Counted from the stretch's first letter, positions 1 to 14,694 are shown. The stretch: 64,000 nucleotides of DNA from Eledone cirrhosa (GCA_964016885.1 OZ024743.1:9920001-9984000), one strand, 5' to 3'. Translations and numbers: made by a program. The notes: generated by a model not told the origin, from the sequence alone.

Positions 1-2598
1 TTTTTCTCTATTTTCATCACATAAATTCTTTGGCAATTCTATCTTCACTAACAATAACTCATGCCTTATACAATATTCTTATAGAATGAGAAATTGAAAC
101 AAAGACAGCTGTTGTATCAAGTTCTTTGCTGCCCCAGAGACAGTCAAATGCCACACTTCATCTATTTGGTCAACTATCACAGGAACTAAGAGATTTTACT
201 GCTTTCCTAAATTTAGCAGAATAAATATTGATTAATATATGTAACTGATCAAATATATTTGCAAATTTAATGGGAAAACTCCGATATAGTTATATTTAAA
301 AGTGCAGCATGTTTCACATAATAATGATATACTTGGAATAAGGTATCTCCTGTTTTGACACTCACGAAAGGAATTAACGCTAGCTTAGACTAATCCAATA
401 GCATTCCTCGTTTTCGGAACTGCATTATTGTAATTCATTACAAGAAATTGATTATGAACATCACAACGAACAAATGCAGTTTTCGAATATTTGCTATGTG
501 TTTAAGTTTGCGCTATGCCTTCCTATTCTTCTATTGTTGAGCAATCGTCATATACTTAATCAAGTAGTGTATCTAGATTAAACAAAAATTCTGTAAATCG
601 ACTAATTATATTAGCAATAGGGTCAACATTCTGTTCACTTGGTGAATAATATTATCAGAATTAGTTAACAGCATGCTGTATACGAAATGACAATTTCTCC
701 TGTCCAGATAATGTTAGTACTTTCATCGGTGCAGGCAAAATATTGACCATAGAAGCTATATAGATATCTATAATATATTGTCTTCACACAATTGTGTCGA
801 TACATTTTTTTCAGACAGACATATAATTGACAAATGAAGAATTTTTAAAATAATATGTGGCACCTTCTTTCTTTTTTATTGCGGAACCTATCGGGGAGTT
901 GTGTATCACCATTTTCTTCCTATATAAGTGATACTCCGATTAAAATAATATTATTCTGATTTTCCTCTTCCAGTCATTTTACAATCTGAAGTCGACATAA
1001 AATTACTGTATTCACTTGATGATTTCTGTGCAAATTGCTTGATATATGATTATTTATAAAGTTTTAAAATTCATAATATAGTTTTACGATCTTTGAACCC
1101 TTCTTTCACCTACTTTTGATAAAAATACATAGTGCAATGGAAATTTAATGGACACCAGTTAGCTCATATAACACAGCGAATAGGAAGTGATGAGTTGCAT
1201 GCGGATATTAGAGAAATACTTATTACAGCTGAAATAGATTTTGAATAAATATTAAGTGAAAATTAGTATGGTAACGAGAAAATTAGTATAATAACGAGAA
1301 AATATTTATTCCAGGAAGTTCCCTCCTTTGCGGAAAAGGATAAAAAAAAAAAAACACACAAGAAACAACAAAAGCAACCGTTAAAATGATTTGCCGATCA
1401 CGTCACCCACGACGAGAACTCTTGAATAATATGTTTTTATGTGTAACAAACAACTAAGCCTCTGTAACCATATACAATATAATAGAATTTGCTTTGCTAT
1501 TTCTTTTAATCACAGTTTTCTAGAAGTGTGTAACAGGTCATAAGAAGACAGCTTTAGAATCTCTGTTATATGCATTTCATGATTTAATATACAACATAGA
1601 AACATAAACAAAGATAGAATATGCTATTTCACTGCAGTTAGCTGCTACATCTGACATAGATTTCCTACGTCGTTGCACTTTACGTTCATTTTTAACCTCT
1701 TTATTGTCTCATTATTTGAAGTTTCAATTTGAACGAATTTTCCTTTTCATAAAACTTCTAACAGTATATTTTAGTGCAACTTACAGAAATGTAAACATAA
1801 CCTCTTATGCATTTGCGTAATCAACCATAATAACCATGGAAAACTATCTTAATGTTAAAGTTACAGCGTGATATAAAATCACAGTATCATTGGATTGGTA
1901 TCTTTTCCTAAAATCACAAATATATGAAAATAAATATACAATATAAAATCATGTAATCGTGACACTAATTTACAATTCATTGAGAATAATACCACAATAC
2001 TGGAGAAAAATCTTGCGTTTCGGTGGCACATCAAACCTCACTTCAATATTTCAAAGCTATTCATAAATCTCTTAAATTTTAGTATAGCTTGTAACAAGGG
2101 AATTAACCGATCTAAAACACAAGAGACCTCTTGTTACGATGGGATGTTGTAAATTGAATATAATTGGCCGAATGACCGAACTGATATGATTTGAGAGTCT
2201 CAGATGATATACTGTGACACGTTCTAAGCTGTCATTGTTCACAGTGACCAACTGACCCTGTATCCTAAGCTAGGTTTACACTAAGTTATATCAGGTAATT
2301 TATCATATTAGTGAGTCAGGCTGAGAACTAAAGTTCCAGAAACACGTGCATCTTAATTATAAGATTCCGACTTTAAAGCGGCCTCACACTGAATAAGAAC
2401 GCCTAATTCAATGAGTAGTAATTACTCATTTCCCCTCACAACGGATGCCCATCTCCATATTAGATTTCTGCAGAAGCAGTAATGCCAGACGTTGCTTGTG
2501 ACACCATTAGACTACATCGGCTTGTTTCAGCAGGGAAATCTTGCCATCTTGTCAGTCTAAGATTTTAACACTACACATAAACTACTACAACAGCAACG

Positions 2599-2687
<89 letters not shown>

Positions 2688-3909
2688 GACGACGACGACG
2701 AAAATTGCTGCTGTTTCAGAGTACCAGAAACCAGCAGATTAATTGTTTCCAGTATTTTGTTTTATACTTCGATTTTCTAACTTAAAATCATACCAGAGAC
2801 GACCTTCGTCTTTTAAACTTAATACATCGATAACATAAAAACACCAGACGTATACTCTAGTAAATTCAATTCAGAAATGTGTGTTCTACAGCTAATGATG
2901 GAAAACATCGACAACTGTGGTAGTATTAAATGAATTCATTTCTTCAATAAAATTACTTATAGACATTTTCTAAGCTTTCATCTGCATCATTTGATTTTTG
3001 AAGAACTGAAATGTCTTAGCTATGAAGACAGATGTTTGTTAGGAACAAAAATACAAACCATCAAACATTCAATTTGTTTTTGATATGCTATCGAGTCAGT
3101 CAGACGGTTGATGTCCAAACTGAAATTCAGCATGTCAATGTTTGAAGGAGAATGTATGTAGGAAGGGCTACGAGAGGCTGGAAACAACGAACAGGAAAAG
3201 GTTGAAAAGAAAATATCGATTATTATGGGTTCTGGAAAAAAGCAAATGAGACTGTTCTGAGTTAACTTGAAAACCCCGATGGAGAAGCTTGCTGATAAAT
3301 GACAATCCAACCATGACAATCCTATCATTTCCATGCATATCTTACTTAGGACACATTATCCAGTATGTATGCCCATTGTTGGGATGGTATGGTAGGTGTA
3401 ATTTGAGAGAGATTTCACTGCTAATTCTAATGCGTGGAACGACAAGGTAGAGGTTCCGTTGTCTGTGTGTCGACGTTAATAGTCACAACGTTAAAGAGAC
3501 ATTCAAGAAGTCGAGCAGTTTAGAGTGTTGTTAGTAGGTTTCTTACTAGTTTAGATAGACAGAGCGCGTTGTAATATCACGGGGAAATACTGAGGGTGTG
3601 AGACACTACTGGGATTATGTTGTGACACATTGCTAAGACGCCAAATTATGCCGTTTCCACGAGTGATATAGAATGATGGAGCTTTCAATAACTGCTTATT
3701 TCCAAGTTTGTAATATATAAGATGCACTTGTACTTTGTTGAGAAAATGTGACTGTCCAAAGACATATACGCTCTCTAGAAAAGCAGACAAAGCTTTTGGA
3801 TACACTATTAAATGTGGTCAAGATATATTTAGAGATCTAATATTTATACATTTTATATATTACTCCTCACTATTTTGAATGTTCTTCGTTAGTGTGTGGA
3901 CCGTGTGAT

Positions 3910-3959
<50 letters not shown>

Positions 3960-3962
<3 letters not shown>

Positions 3963-4290
3963 GATATATTAACAAATGGAAACTATATTTATAAAACCAT
4001 ATTTATTTCATTATACATATTTCAAGGACACCAAGTCAAATTATGGTGCGCTTTGATCAGATAAAATATAATATAGATCAGTTTTATAAATAAATATTGA
4101 CATACCCTTAAAAAATGCGACCATTTCTGTTGGAAGCTCCCGGATATAATGAAATAAATTTGGTTTTATAAATATAGTTTCCATTTGTTAATATATCGTA
4201 TTTTTACTCCAATAATTTGTTGAGTGCTTTATATCAGTTATATAAATGTTTGATTGTTGTATCCCAACAATTTAAATAGAACTTCTACAT
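3960..4290. mobile_element. PLE pLTR-like remnant with fold-back (arms 3960-4015 / 4145-4200) and degenerate hammerhead-like motif on minus strand
   Basis: 56-bp inverted repeat between (TA)n tracts; minus strand reads CTGATCA-stem(CACC..GGTG)-GAAATATGTA followed by AATAAA. Confidence 0.55.
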
Positions 4291-4306
4291 ATATATATAT
4301 ATATAT

Positions 4307-4815
4307 GTTGAATTTTACTTGTTCTGCTTATCTTAATATTAAAGTTCTGGTATATCAAATTAATACCATTGAACAACCATGAATCATAGACAACCTATGT
4401 ATTTCTAGGGGTACTTAGTATCGTTGGACATATTAACTTCATTCATTATCTCCGTTATGTAGAGAACAAATCTGTTGTTCTATTTAGCTGCTTTTTTTTT
4501 AGTAGTAATTATAGACAGCAAGTCTGTGGTTTCCCGCTTTTACTTCAGACCGGTTTACATACGGGTCACTTTCACGACCTTTCAGATCTGTATTAGCTGG
4601 CAGGAGGTCATATATTTTATCGTTCCTGGGTCTTTTAGCCCTAGGAAAGGAAAATGCTTCTCTGATGAGCTTTGGTTTTCCATCAGATATCCATCGGATT
4701 TCTGGGGTTTTACAAAGCGAAACTGATCAGTAAGGGCCATTAGAAGAGGTAAATATTTATATGATATTTTTTAATTTATTTTAAAAATTGGTTGAATTTT
4801 ACTTGTTCTGCTTAT

Positions 4816-4818
<3 letters not shown>
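4307..4818 (+). mobile_element. Non-coding hammerhead-bearing mini element (retrozyme-like or non-autonomous PLE) with 28-bp terminal direct repeat
   Basis: GTTGAATTTTACTTGTTCTGCTTATCTT at 4307-4334 and 4791-4818; (TA)n on both sides; internal hammerhead. Confidence 0.7.
4653..4741 (+). ncRNA. Type I hammerhead ribozyme
   Basis: Stem I AATGCTTCT/AGGGCCATT; core CTGATGA; stem II GCTTTG/CAAAGC; GAA; palindromic ACTGATCAGT; GUA cleavage triplet at 4730-4732. Confidence 0.85.
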
Positions 4819-4878
<60 letters not shown>

Positions 4879-4919
4879 CGAAACATAAGTCAATTGCATG
4901 AACTCATAATCCTTTATTT

Positions 4920-4975
4920 ACTGCTATATATATTTCGATGATAGCCATTGAATGGCTATGACATCATCAGGCAAT
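4920..4975 (-). ncRNA. Type I hammerhead-like motif (CUGAUGAUG...CAUCGAAA variant) in a short PLE remnant (4875-5025)
   Basis: Minus strand: ATTGC-CTGATGA-TGTCATAGCCATTCAATGGCTATCATC-GAAATATATATA-GCAGT, then AATAAA. Confidence 0.7.
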
Positions 4976-5084
4976 TAGTCAGTTCTTAGATATGCCAGCT
5001 CTGTGTTTATAGTGTTGATGGTATCAATATATATATATATATATATATACGGATTGGTCACTACCGTATATTTTGGAAGATTTA

Positions 5085-5127
<43 letters not shown>

Positions 5128-5134
5128 GTATATA

Positions 5135-5173
<39 letters not shown>

Positions 5174-5260
5174 ATATATATATATGTATATATATATGTA
5201 TATATATGTATATATATTTATATATATAATTTGTATTTTTATATTTATTTAATCATATAT

Positions 5261-5879
5261 GAAGTTCAAGTATCTCGGGGTCGTGTTCACGAGTGATGGA
5301 AGGGGGGGGGGGGGGCTGGATCAAATGCAAGAATTGCAAGAGCAGGTACAGTAGTGCTTCAGTATTCGGTAATCAGAAGAAGGAAGGTAGGTGTAAAAGC
5401 CAAACTCGCTCTCTGTGATTCGGTATTCTTTCCAAACCTTACCTGTGGTCAGGCATCTTCGGTAATGGCTGAAATAATACGATCGCCAATACAGGGCGGC
5501 CGCAATGGCGTTCCTCCGAAAAGGTTTTTGGAGTAACATTACTCGATAGAGTGCATAGTTCAGTGATCAGAGAGTCACTCCAGGTTAAGACGCTACGTTT
5601 CCGAATTGAGAGATCACAGCTCCGATACTATTGACATATCGTTAGAATGTCAGAGGAGAGAATCGATGGACAGATTTTACGAGCAAAACCAACCGGCAAG
5701 AGACCCAAGAGCAGACCCCGAGCAAGATGGTTGGATAACATCCATAAGCTCGGCTGGCCTTCTTTGGGGAACTAGCCAGACCACTTGGAGACAGTTGCTT
5801 CTGACAGGACCCGCTGGAAAGAGTGTTTGAGGAGTCTTCCCTCATGACCCTTTCAGGAATAAGTGGGCAAAAAAGAAGA

Positions 5880-5880
<1 letters not shown>
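5261..5880 (+). mobile_element. 3' fragment of RTE-clade LINE (Expander/Rex3-like), degraded
   Basis: Interrupted translation [13 protein letters not shown]...KAKLALCDSVFFPNLTCG...AMAFLRK...KPTGKRPKSRPRARWLDNI. Confidence 0.8.
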
Positions 5881-6053
<173 letters not shown>

Positions 6054-6146
6054 TTACATTGATCCTTTTCAATCGAACCAGAATATCATACTCTTCTTTA
6101 AAGTTCCTTTTGTGACTCTGCTCCATAGAATTTATGCCCCTCTGAC

Positions 6147-6419
6147 TTTTTATATATATATTGTGTGTTTTATATATATATTGTGTGTTTTATATATATA
6201 TTGTGTGTTTTATATATATATTGTGTGTTTTATATATATATTGTGTGTTTTATATATATATTGTGTGTTTTATATATATATTGTGTGTTTTATATATATA
6301 TATTGTGTGTTTTATATATATATTGTGTGTTTTATATATATATTGTGTGTTTTATATATATATTGTGTGTTTTATATATATATTGTGTGTTTTATATATA
6401 TATATTGTGTGTTTTATAT
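6147..6419. repeat. 20-bp minisatellite (TATATATATATTGTGTGTTT), about 13 copies
   Basis: Directly visible tandem array with occasional extra TA. Confidence 0.95.
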
Positions 6420-8739
6420 CTATATTTGTACGTTAAAGAGGATTAAAAAGATGCATAAAGGCTCTCAGAGATTTCATCGATGAAAACGTTAATGCCACGA
6501 TTTGATTGATTTAATTGACGATAAATTTATCTGTAACATATGAGGAAGCATGAATCTAGATATTTTTCTGTGCTTCATATTTACTTAAGGAAGACAGTGT
6601 GATAGTGAATACAGTGCCAGCTAAGTCTCCTAAGGTATATGTATATACAGTGACATTAATTTAATTCAAAATAAGAGTAGATTTTATTTTCATCTCCCAT
6701 GCATAAGTTTCAAAGGTTTATTGTATTCAATTAAATCCATTCTACACAGATTCGTATTATACGTGGTTCAAAGAAATCATAACATTCGTAGATTTATAAG
6801 GGATAAATGCAGCTTTCGTGTCATTCTCAAGCTGAATAGTGTCATAATTGATATTTAATCCTTTCAACCATGAATCCCCTCCTGATCCTGAACTCGAATT
6901 ATTTCGTGCTTTCAATCTACAGCTGCCTCTCCTGCTTTGATATTGATTTCAATTAAATAGATAAGGACCTATTCTTCATATAAGAGAAAACCACACGAAG
7001 TGATATAGATGTCTCCGGGTCATTAATGGTATAAAGTGAAATAGATTCAACTATTATTATAGGTGTAAATTTACACCTGCCTCTATTTGTTTAAAGTTAA
7101 GCTACTGCAATATCAACATTTAGCTTTTTAAAAATTTAAATTTAGTTTTTTCTATGTATCCACCACAGTGAAAGTATTCAGATTTATGTTAAATATCCCC
7201 CTCTTTCTTACCTATGTAGGCATATACATATGTTCTTTATATCAAAGCTTATTACTACAGACGTTATATTAGAAAGAAATCATCTGCAACACCATAAATC
7301 ACCATCCCTCTTCTATAAATGAATTCATATCTCTTTTCTCGATACTTCGTTTATTTTCCGATAAACGTTTTATTAAGTTATATTATTTTAAAGGGCTTCA
7401 TTGAGTAATTTTTAAAAGTTCTTCATGAAATAATATTAAAACAAAGAAAAGAAAAACAACAGTAAAATTGTTTTACCAAACATCAGAGGTAACGAAATCG
7501 ATTATCCCGAAGAGCAAATTAAAATGCTAATTTCATCCCCAGGATATCAATGGAATAAGTAAAGTTACTCTATCAGGAATCAAACCAAGTCAGTATTTCA
7601 GCTCGAAAGTTGACTACATTTTGATAACAAAAAACTGCCATATGTTTCAGATCTTTTATGGATATTTGTGTCTGGCAATAGTGGAGAACTGTATTTCTAA
7701 TTCGCTTTCGTCAGTTATACAATTGAACATCTACTCTAAATAGTCAATGCCATTCGCTAGTAAACATCATTACCCGATGGCTCAACTCAATTCACAAAGG
7801 TGTGCGGTAAAGTCAAACACATCAGCAGGTTAAAGGTAATAATTTGAGTTATCGGGTTTCTAACTTGTTTTCTGATCTCATGGCTACGCTGAATGATGAT
7901 GAGAATCGGTCAATTATTTTTAGATTTTGAAATTCAAGAATAAACTTGAGTAATTTTTTCCCAATCTTATCGAAAGTTGATAAGTTGCCACTACTCTTCC
8001 AATGTCTTGTCTGACTCTAAATAATGAGAGTTCTATTTTTATCAACAACTAAGAAATGCTAGAATTAATATATAAAACAATGGTTGGAATAAATATTTTA
8101 TCTGATTTTATTTTCCTCGATTTGTTCTACTTCTACAAATCGTTTTTTTTATTATTCAATACATTGCAGAGCTCTTCATATGAATTGAAGCCAATACATC
8201 GAATGTTTGTGACTGTTAATAAATGAATATAAAGGATAAAAAGCTGGCAGGGACATGAGAGGGCAGCACTAAATGTCGTAGAGTATATTCGCTTTAAGAT
8301 CAAGTCTCACCGCAACCTATTTTGCTTCTCACCCACTCCATAGTGTATGAAACTAGCACTAGTAATATAATATGATTAAGTCAATCTAAACTTCCCCCCT
8401 ACAATGGTTTTCTTTTGTAAAAAGCAATCAATGAATAGATATTTAATAACTCTAAATTATTTGAATGGATTTCAACCCTGTTTCAGCAACTAAGAGCTGC
8501 TATCCTGTTTTTATTTCAGAAGTATTATGTATAAGACTACAGCAGTCGATCAGTTTTAAGATGACAACTTGACTTTGAGGAAGATTTATCTGTTATATCT
8601 AAGAGGTAAGAGCACAGAAGCTCCTTTTGTTTGCATTTATCCTATGGCTCTTGTATAGCTGCGTGTTGACCATGAACGAAAAACACTGTGATCAAATGCG
8701 TTCGAGCCATATTAATCTTGCTTTTCAATAGTAATATCA

Positions 8740-8835
8740 ACAGCTACGGTGATTAGAGAATTGGATTCACAATCGTGAGGTTGCGAGTTCGATTTCCGGA
8801 CCGGGCATTGCAAGACATTTTATTTGAAATTGCTA
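8740..8835 (+). mobile_element. tRNA-derived SINE head, degraded
   Basis: tRNA-like GGTGATTAGAG...ATTCACAATCGTGAGGTTGCGAGTTCGATTTCC with B-box GTTCGATT. Confidence 0.5.
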
Positions 8836-9189
8836 TTTCTACCAGGAGGAACTGGTAGATATTATCAACAATGGAAATATTAATGGAAACATCGTTTCCT
8901 TTGTCCAATTTGACGAGTTCCACATCACTCGGTAAGTGAATGAGGACTGGGATCTTGTCGATCGATTAAAAAAAGGAACTACATAATAAATTGTCCCCAT
9001 TTCTTTTTAATGTCCATTTCGCTTCTATTTCTGACGGTCAAGCAACAACATAAAGGCACCCTCACTGGATCATATTCCATCATATAGTCAGTTTATATAA
9101 AAATTAGCAGAAGGATCCCTTTAGCTTCTATCTCGTTACTAGTACGGTTGGTTATAGGTCAATCATCATAGGTTAATGATACATATATA

Positions 9190-9608
9190 CATACCCCATA
9201 TAATAATTCCACAGAGGTGAGAGAGTCACTCGCTGGGAAGAAAAACTTAACCTCTCAGCAGCAACAACAATGCAGCTAAAGGTGAGCGAGGAACTGTCCC
9301 CTTGAGCAGATACAAACAATGCAATGTGGAAATGCCTAAACAGACTAAGATCTGGTGTTGGACGTGCAAAAGTCACACTTGCAAAATGAGAATATTTAAA
9401 GGATGGGGACGTTGTGTGAGACTGCAGCATCGAATCACAGACTACACAGCACCTCATGATATCCCCCCCGCCCCCCCGCTGGGACACCCCTGCACAGCAT
9501 TGGACTGTGCAGTGTTTAATGAGAAAGGACAGCAATGTTTTTAGCTGTGGCGGAACCACATCTAGCCATGCTCTGTAACTGACACTCTTGTGGACACGAC
9601 AAGAAGAA
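9190..9608 (+). mobile_element. 3' end of Vingi/Ingi-like LINE
   Basis: Interrupted translation WKCLNRLRSGVGRAK...CxxCS..QTTQHL (CCHC-like); ends GGACACGACAAGAAGAA. Confidence 0.6.
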
Positions 9609-11169
9609 AAATAATGTCATAGAGTAAATTAATCAACGATTCCTGATTAACCATATTATTCTCATATCTTTCCGAAATTTTTAAAGGTGTAAATGAAATG
9701 GCCACAATCATGAATTGAACCGATTTCATACACTTAAAAAATACCATACGGCATCATGTTTCATGTTGTCCTGCTTTTGCCAGTCAACTGCTTTGGGGCG
9801 ATATTTCATTTATCATCCAGTATGTGGTTACTGAAGCTAATAATATGTAGAACTATTCCTTCATTCACATTAGTAACATTTCAAGAAGAGAATATAGAAG
9901 ATTAAATCTACTGCAATTCGTGACTGGTATATTCGTTTATCTATCTAGGATGAATGATGAAGTTGGTCTCAGTAGGATTTGAGCTCACTAGTTAAAACCC
10001 CGCTGTCCGGTTCTTTAACAATGTTGCCAATCTATCATACTTATAGAAAGCTAATAATATCATGAACCAAAAGAGGATTCATATCATAGTCTCTTGACCA
10101 GTGAGAAGAATCAGCCAAATCTCTTTGAAAGCCATGCTACTGTCCTACTGAAACTGATATGTAAGACTACATTGGGTAACGTAGTATTGAAAAGAAGGTT
10201 TCTGAATAAATGATGGAACAATTTCGTTTGTTATTCACTTCGACATGGGTTTACGTCGACATAGGCTGACCTGGGGCTAGCAAGAACAACAACAGCAACA
10301 ACAATAAATAATATAAGATCATTCAAATTAATAAATTGTCAGAAACAGTATAATACCACTCATATACGTCTTGCAGTCTAATTTGAATTTATCTAGGCTC
10401 GGTAGATTACGTTTCAATCCCTTCACCTACATATGTGTGGCAAGAAAACAAAATCAATATTTGAAACAGTAGTACTAATTTAGTAGCAAACATAAAGAAA
10501 ACGTATACTTAGTGTTTGTAAAATGTCTGGTTCATTTGTAGTCATTGAGTAAAAATAACCTCGTTTAATTCATTCATTATTGCGTATTGTTTTTTTTTAA
10601 ATGTTACTAAATTATCGATCATATACAGAATATCTCGTTCACAGAATTCTAAGACAAATTCCTTTTTAACAGTTTTCTCTTCCGTTAGAAGAAAGCTAAT
10701 ACCAATATATTCTAGTATCGTCTCAGAAGTTTCTAACGAAGATAAATTGATGTTCAAAAATTAGTTTCTCAATAAGGAAAACAAACCAAACTGAAGCATT
10801 GATCCTTGAAGGAAATTGTTTTATTCTGTTGATATTGCGTATTTTTATTCACAAACTGTCAATTGACTATTTAAAGTTCCTACATCCGGATCAATTTCCT
10901 TACCTCTGTGTTCTAATCTTTCTCCCACTTTCCACCATCATAAAACTGATCTTTTACGCTCGTTCTTTTATGGAGCTGCAGCAAACATCGAATGTTAGTA
11001 ACAGGTTGCTATTAATAAATTGTCACTGGCAATCGACATGATTTATCTATGAACTTCTCTGGAGATAAATAGATCTAGGGATTATTCACATTACAGGAAC
11101 CATATAAACGTAGATCTATATACACAGAAACTAAAAAAGTATGCACATGTTCGCGAACACATATACGTG

Positions 11170-11222
<53 letters not shown>

Positions 11223-11227
11223 GTCTG

Positions 11228-11884
11228 ACCCTTCGAAAAATATCTGTCCGAGATGCGTGCGCGACGAGGAAACCGTCGCGCACGCATTTGTACACTGCCC
11301 GGGCATTGGCGGCCTGTGGGGCTATGTAGAACGACTATTGTCGCGGGTGAGACCAATCCAGTTGACCACCGAGTCCATTGTCACGATCAAACCGCCACCC
11401 TCCTTCAAAAACGAGGGAGAGGCGGTTTTCCTATGTGTTATGGCTATGGTGAAAGAGGTTATATGGTGGACGAGGTTAAAAGGGCTGAGGTCAGACACCT
11501 TTCTCTCCGGCGAGCAACAAATATCATTTTAGAAGAAGAATCAGGATGGAGAGAGAGGTGCTGTACCCCAGCAAGTTTTATAAAAGGTGGGTGAATGTGG
11601 CAAAGATGGCTCGAGTGGTTGGGCCTTCTCTCTCTATATGCCTGTAGGTTGAGGGAAAAGAGGAAGAGAGGAAGGGAGTACTCACTCTTGGTGCTCCTGG
11701 AGATGAGGGTTGTACATTTTTTCGGGGTGTGTACAACCTCTGTGTAACGCCTCCCCCCTATTGGGGATTTCAATTGTTATTTGTTATTTTATTAATAGTT
11801 TTATTTTCATATACCTGTATGTAAACTCCCCATTTGTATTTGTCCCCTTCTTGTGTGCCCTTGTGGCTAATAAAGAAATTGATA
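11228..11884 (+). mobile_element. 5'-truncated Tx1-clade LINE, sister of the 58-64 kb element
   Basis: CPRCVRDEETVAHAFVHCP...WWTRLKGL matches C-terminus of ORF 58430..59647; ends CCTTGTGGCTAATAAAGAAAT; candidate TSD TATCTGTCTG at 11218-11227 / 11885-11894; sits in (ATCT)n. Confidence 0.9.
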
Positions 11885-12454
11885 TATCTGTCTGCCTATA
11901 CATACATACTTACATACAAATATATATGTATATACATACGTACATACATACGTACGTACATACATAGTACATTCATACGTACAGACAGGCAGACACGCAG
12001 ACACACAAATACATACACATGTGTTCGTGTGTATGTGCGAATCAACTGGAAGATATATCATCAATATCATTTAATTTAACAGATTAAAAAACTCAACATA
12101 TAGATTTTTTAATGAATTATTTAGTGTAGATCAATTAACGTAGTTTATGAATTATATTATATATTCTAATGAACTATATTTAACTTTACGTGATTTAGAT
12201 TAAACGCTGCCATACTATAGTGTAATATGCAATAATGTCTACTGTTAAATAAACGATTTAATCTTAGTGCGAGTTTGTTTAGTAACAAAGAAAATCTGGA
12301 AATTCCAAGCCTAAAACTGCAACATTGTTTCTTTTCAGACTGAAACGCAATTTCCTTTTATTAAGCCATTAATGACCATGTTCAATCTGTTTATACGGGT
12401 CTAGCGATTCTAGAAAAGCAGACAAAGTTTTATATACATTAGGACATTAGAGGA

Positions 12455-12839
12455 TATTGGGTACTGCTGCAGAATAACGCACCTGTTCACACAGCACTTT
12501 CAATTAGAAACTATCAGGGGATGAAAAACGTTCACACTATTCCATATCCTCTCTACAGCCCAGATCTAGCTCCATATGATTTCTACATCTTCCCTATGCT
12601 GAAATCGAAGTTGAGGGGTCATCATTTTGGGACTGTAGAAAACATAAAGTTTGCAACCGACGAGATAAAGCCGCTCACAGAAAATGACTTCCAGTACTGC
12701 GACGATCAATGGAAAAACAATTGGAACCACTGCATGACTTCCCAAAGGTCGTATTTTGAAGGTAAATTGTAGTTTCATGTACGTCAAATATATTTTCAAA
12801 TAAAACATTAGTACTCTTACTTTTGAGACAAACCTCGTA
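12455..12839 (+). mobile_element. mariner transposase 3' remnant with right terminal inverted repeat
   Basis: WVLLQNNAPVHTA...YSPDLAPYDFYIFPMLK (mariner YSPDLAP-D motif); ends ...AAACCTCGTA. Confidence 0.85.
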
Positions 12840-13447
12840 AAATATCATTTATTCATCTGAAATGGTTTTATGATATGATCGTACCATTTTCGAATGGTAA
12901 ATGGTATGTTTATATCCTCATTCAATAAATTAATTTCAAAATCCATTGTACTGCCAATGGCATTATATTTTCTCTATGAGAATATAATTACTCCTATAAT
13001 TTTGCGTATAGAGGGACCTTTATAGCATCACTATTGATGTCAATCATAATATAGAACATAGCTGAAATGGTAAGGTTACCTCGCACGATGTGTTACAGAT
13101 AGGGGGCCAATAACTATTTACAGATTTGTGAGTGATTTGATGGTCTCTAGTGCACATATTGAACTGCAGCGTGTCAGTCTGAGCTTCCTGATGATACCAA
13201 CATGTAAATGCTTCTAGTTGTGTTGGGAAATATCACAATTCCTTATACAGGCTAGTGATAATCTCTAATTATTCGTTGCTAATTGCAGTGCAAGCCAGAA
13301 GCAACCTGCAACACAACCAGATGTATTTTCTATATAGTTGGGAGTGTAATTATAGATGCAGAATATCTGTAAAGTAGTGAAAAACAAAGTACAAACTGCT
13401 TCAATACACACCCGATTCACCACCATCACCACTGCTACGCCTCCATA

Positions 13448-13489
<42 letters not shown>

Positions 13490-14694
13490 TTACTACTACT
13501 ACTACTACTACTACTATTGTTGGCGTTTGTATTACTGCTTGCAGTACTATCACTAATACATGGATTCTTGTGAATTAAATATGTTTAATGAAGAGATAAA
13601 TGAATTTACTGCTCTGGAACCCCAAAGTATGTTATCCCTTCATTAGCAACATATCTACCTTCTGGTAGTGTTAAACAAATCTTACTACAGTAGTTATTCC
13701 CTTTCCTTTTATTTTCACATGTTTTTTCTTCTTTTCATATTTTCCATTTCCTGTGTCTCTTTCAAGCATCTTAAAATTAAATTTTAAAATTTATATTGTT
13801 TATACCCCTCAATGGATAATTATCTCTAGTTACGTTTCCTGCATTAAATATATTAACACCGCTTTATCTATTGTTTTAATGGCCTCTCCGAATCATTTAC
13901 CGTTTAACCAAATCTAGTTTATTACCTCAAACAGCGTATATTTACCAAATGATTATTACATCACTAATTTCGCAACTACCGTGCAATGTTTCGGGGATTC
14001 AGTTATAAGACGTGTTTGGAGTTGTCTTCGTTCAGTACTGGAACAATCAAAATAATGTTAATCCTTGACTAAGATTACTTTTTCCTCGCCACTGAAAGAA
14101 AATCAATGTTTAATTCTCAGGCGTTCACTATTTTCTATTTCTTTACCCCATCTTTACTTTTCAGAGCTGCGAGAGTTGAGGGTCATTCTAAATGCTTTCA
14201 GTAATTCACTTTAATGCCTCATTCATCTGAATGCAGATACTAATGGAGTTGACAATATCTATAACATACATAGTTCTATAAAATCAATTACACTGAATTA
14301 AATATCCGTATTGAATGAAAATATACTTTTCTACGTCGCTCAATTTCTGTAATAATCGGAGCGGAGTCTGTACCGCTGTCACAATAGACGCTAACAAAGT
14401 ATGTAAGTAGATATTTCCATTGCATTTACGTGAAACGTCACAGTTTTATCTATCAATGTTTGTATCTCTCTTTAACTCACTCTCAAATGTTTACCTCCTA
14501 CACTCCTTATACATATACAAAAACAAACACACACAAACATGGATGTATATCTGTATGTGTGTGTGCATCAACTCATAACTTCTAGTGGAGTCGTAGGGAC
14601 GCCGTAATGTCCTACAGCGTATCTTGGGCCTTTTGCAAACTGACGTAGCCGACACCTCTCCAGGTCTGACCACACAGCTTTTCCTGTAGAGAAG

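Noticed and set aside
6147-6419. CRISPR-like periodic arrays (also 49107-50810)
   Set aside because: No unique spacers and a eukaryotic context; these are minisatellites.
8520-8605. Exon-like segment (TTTCAG acceptor, GTAAGA donor)
   Set aside because: All three frames contain stops; it could be non-coding, but this cannot be supported from sequence alone.
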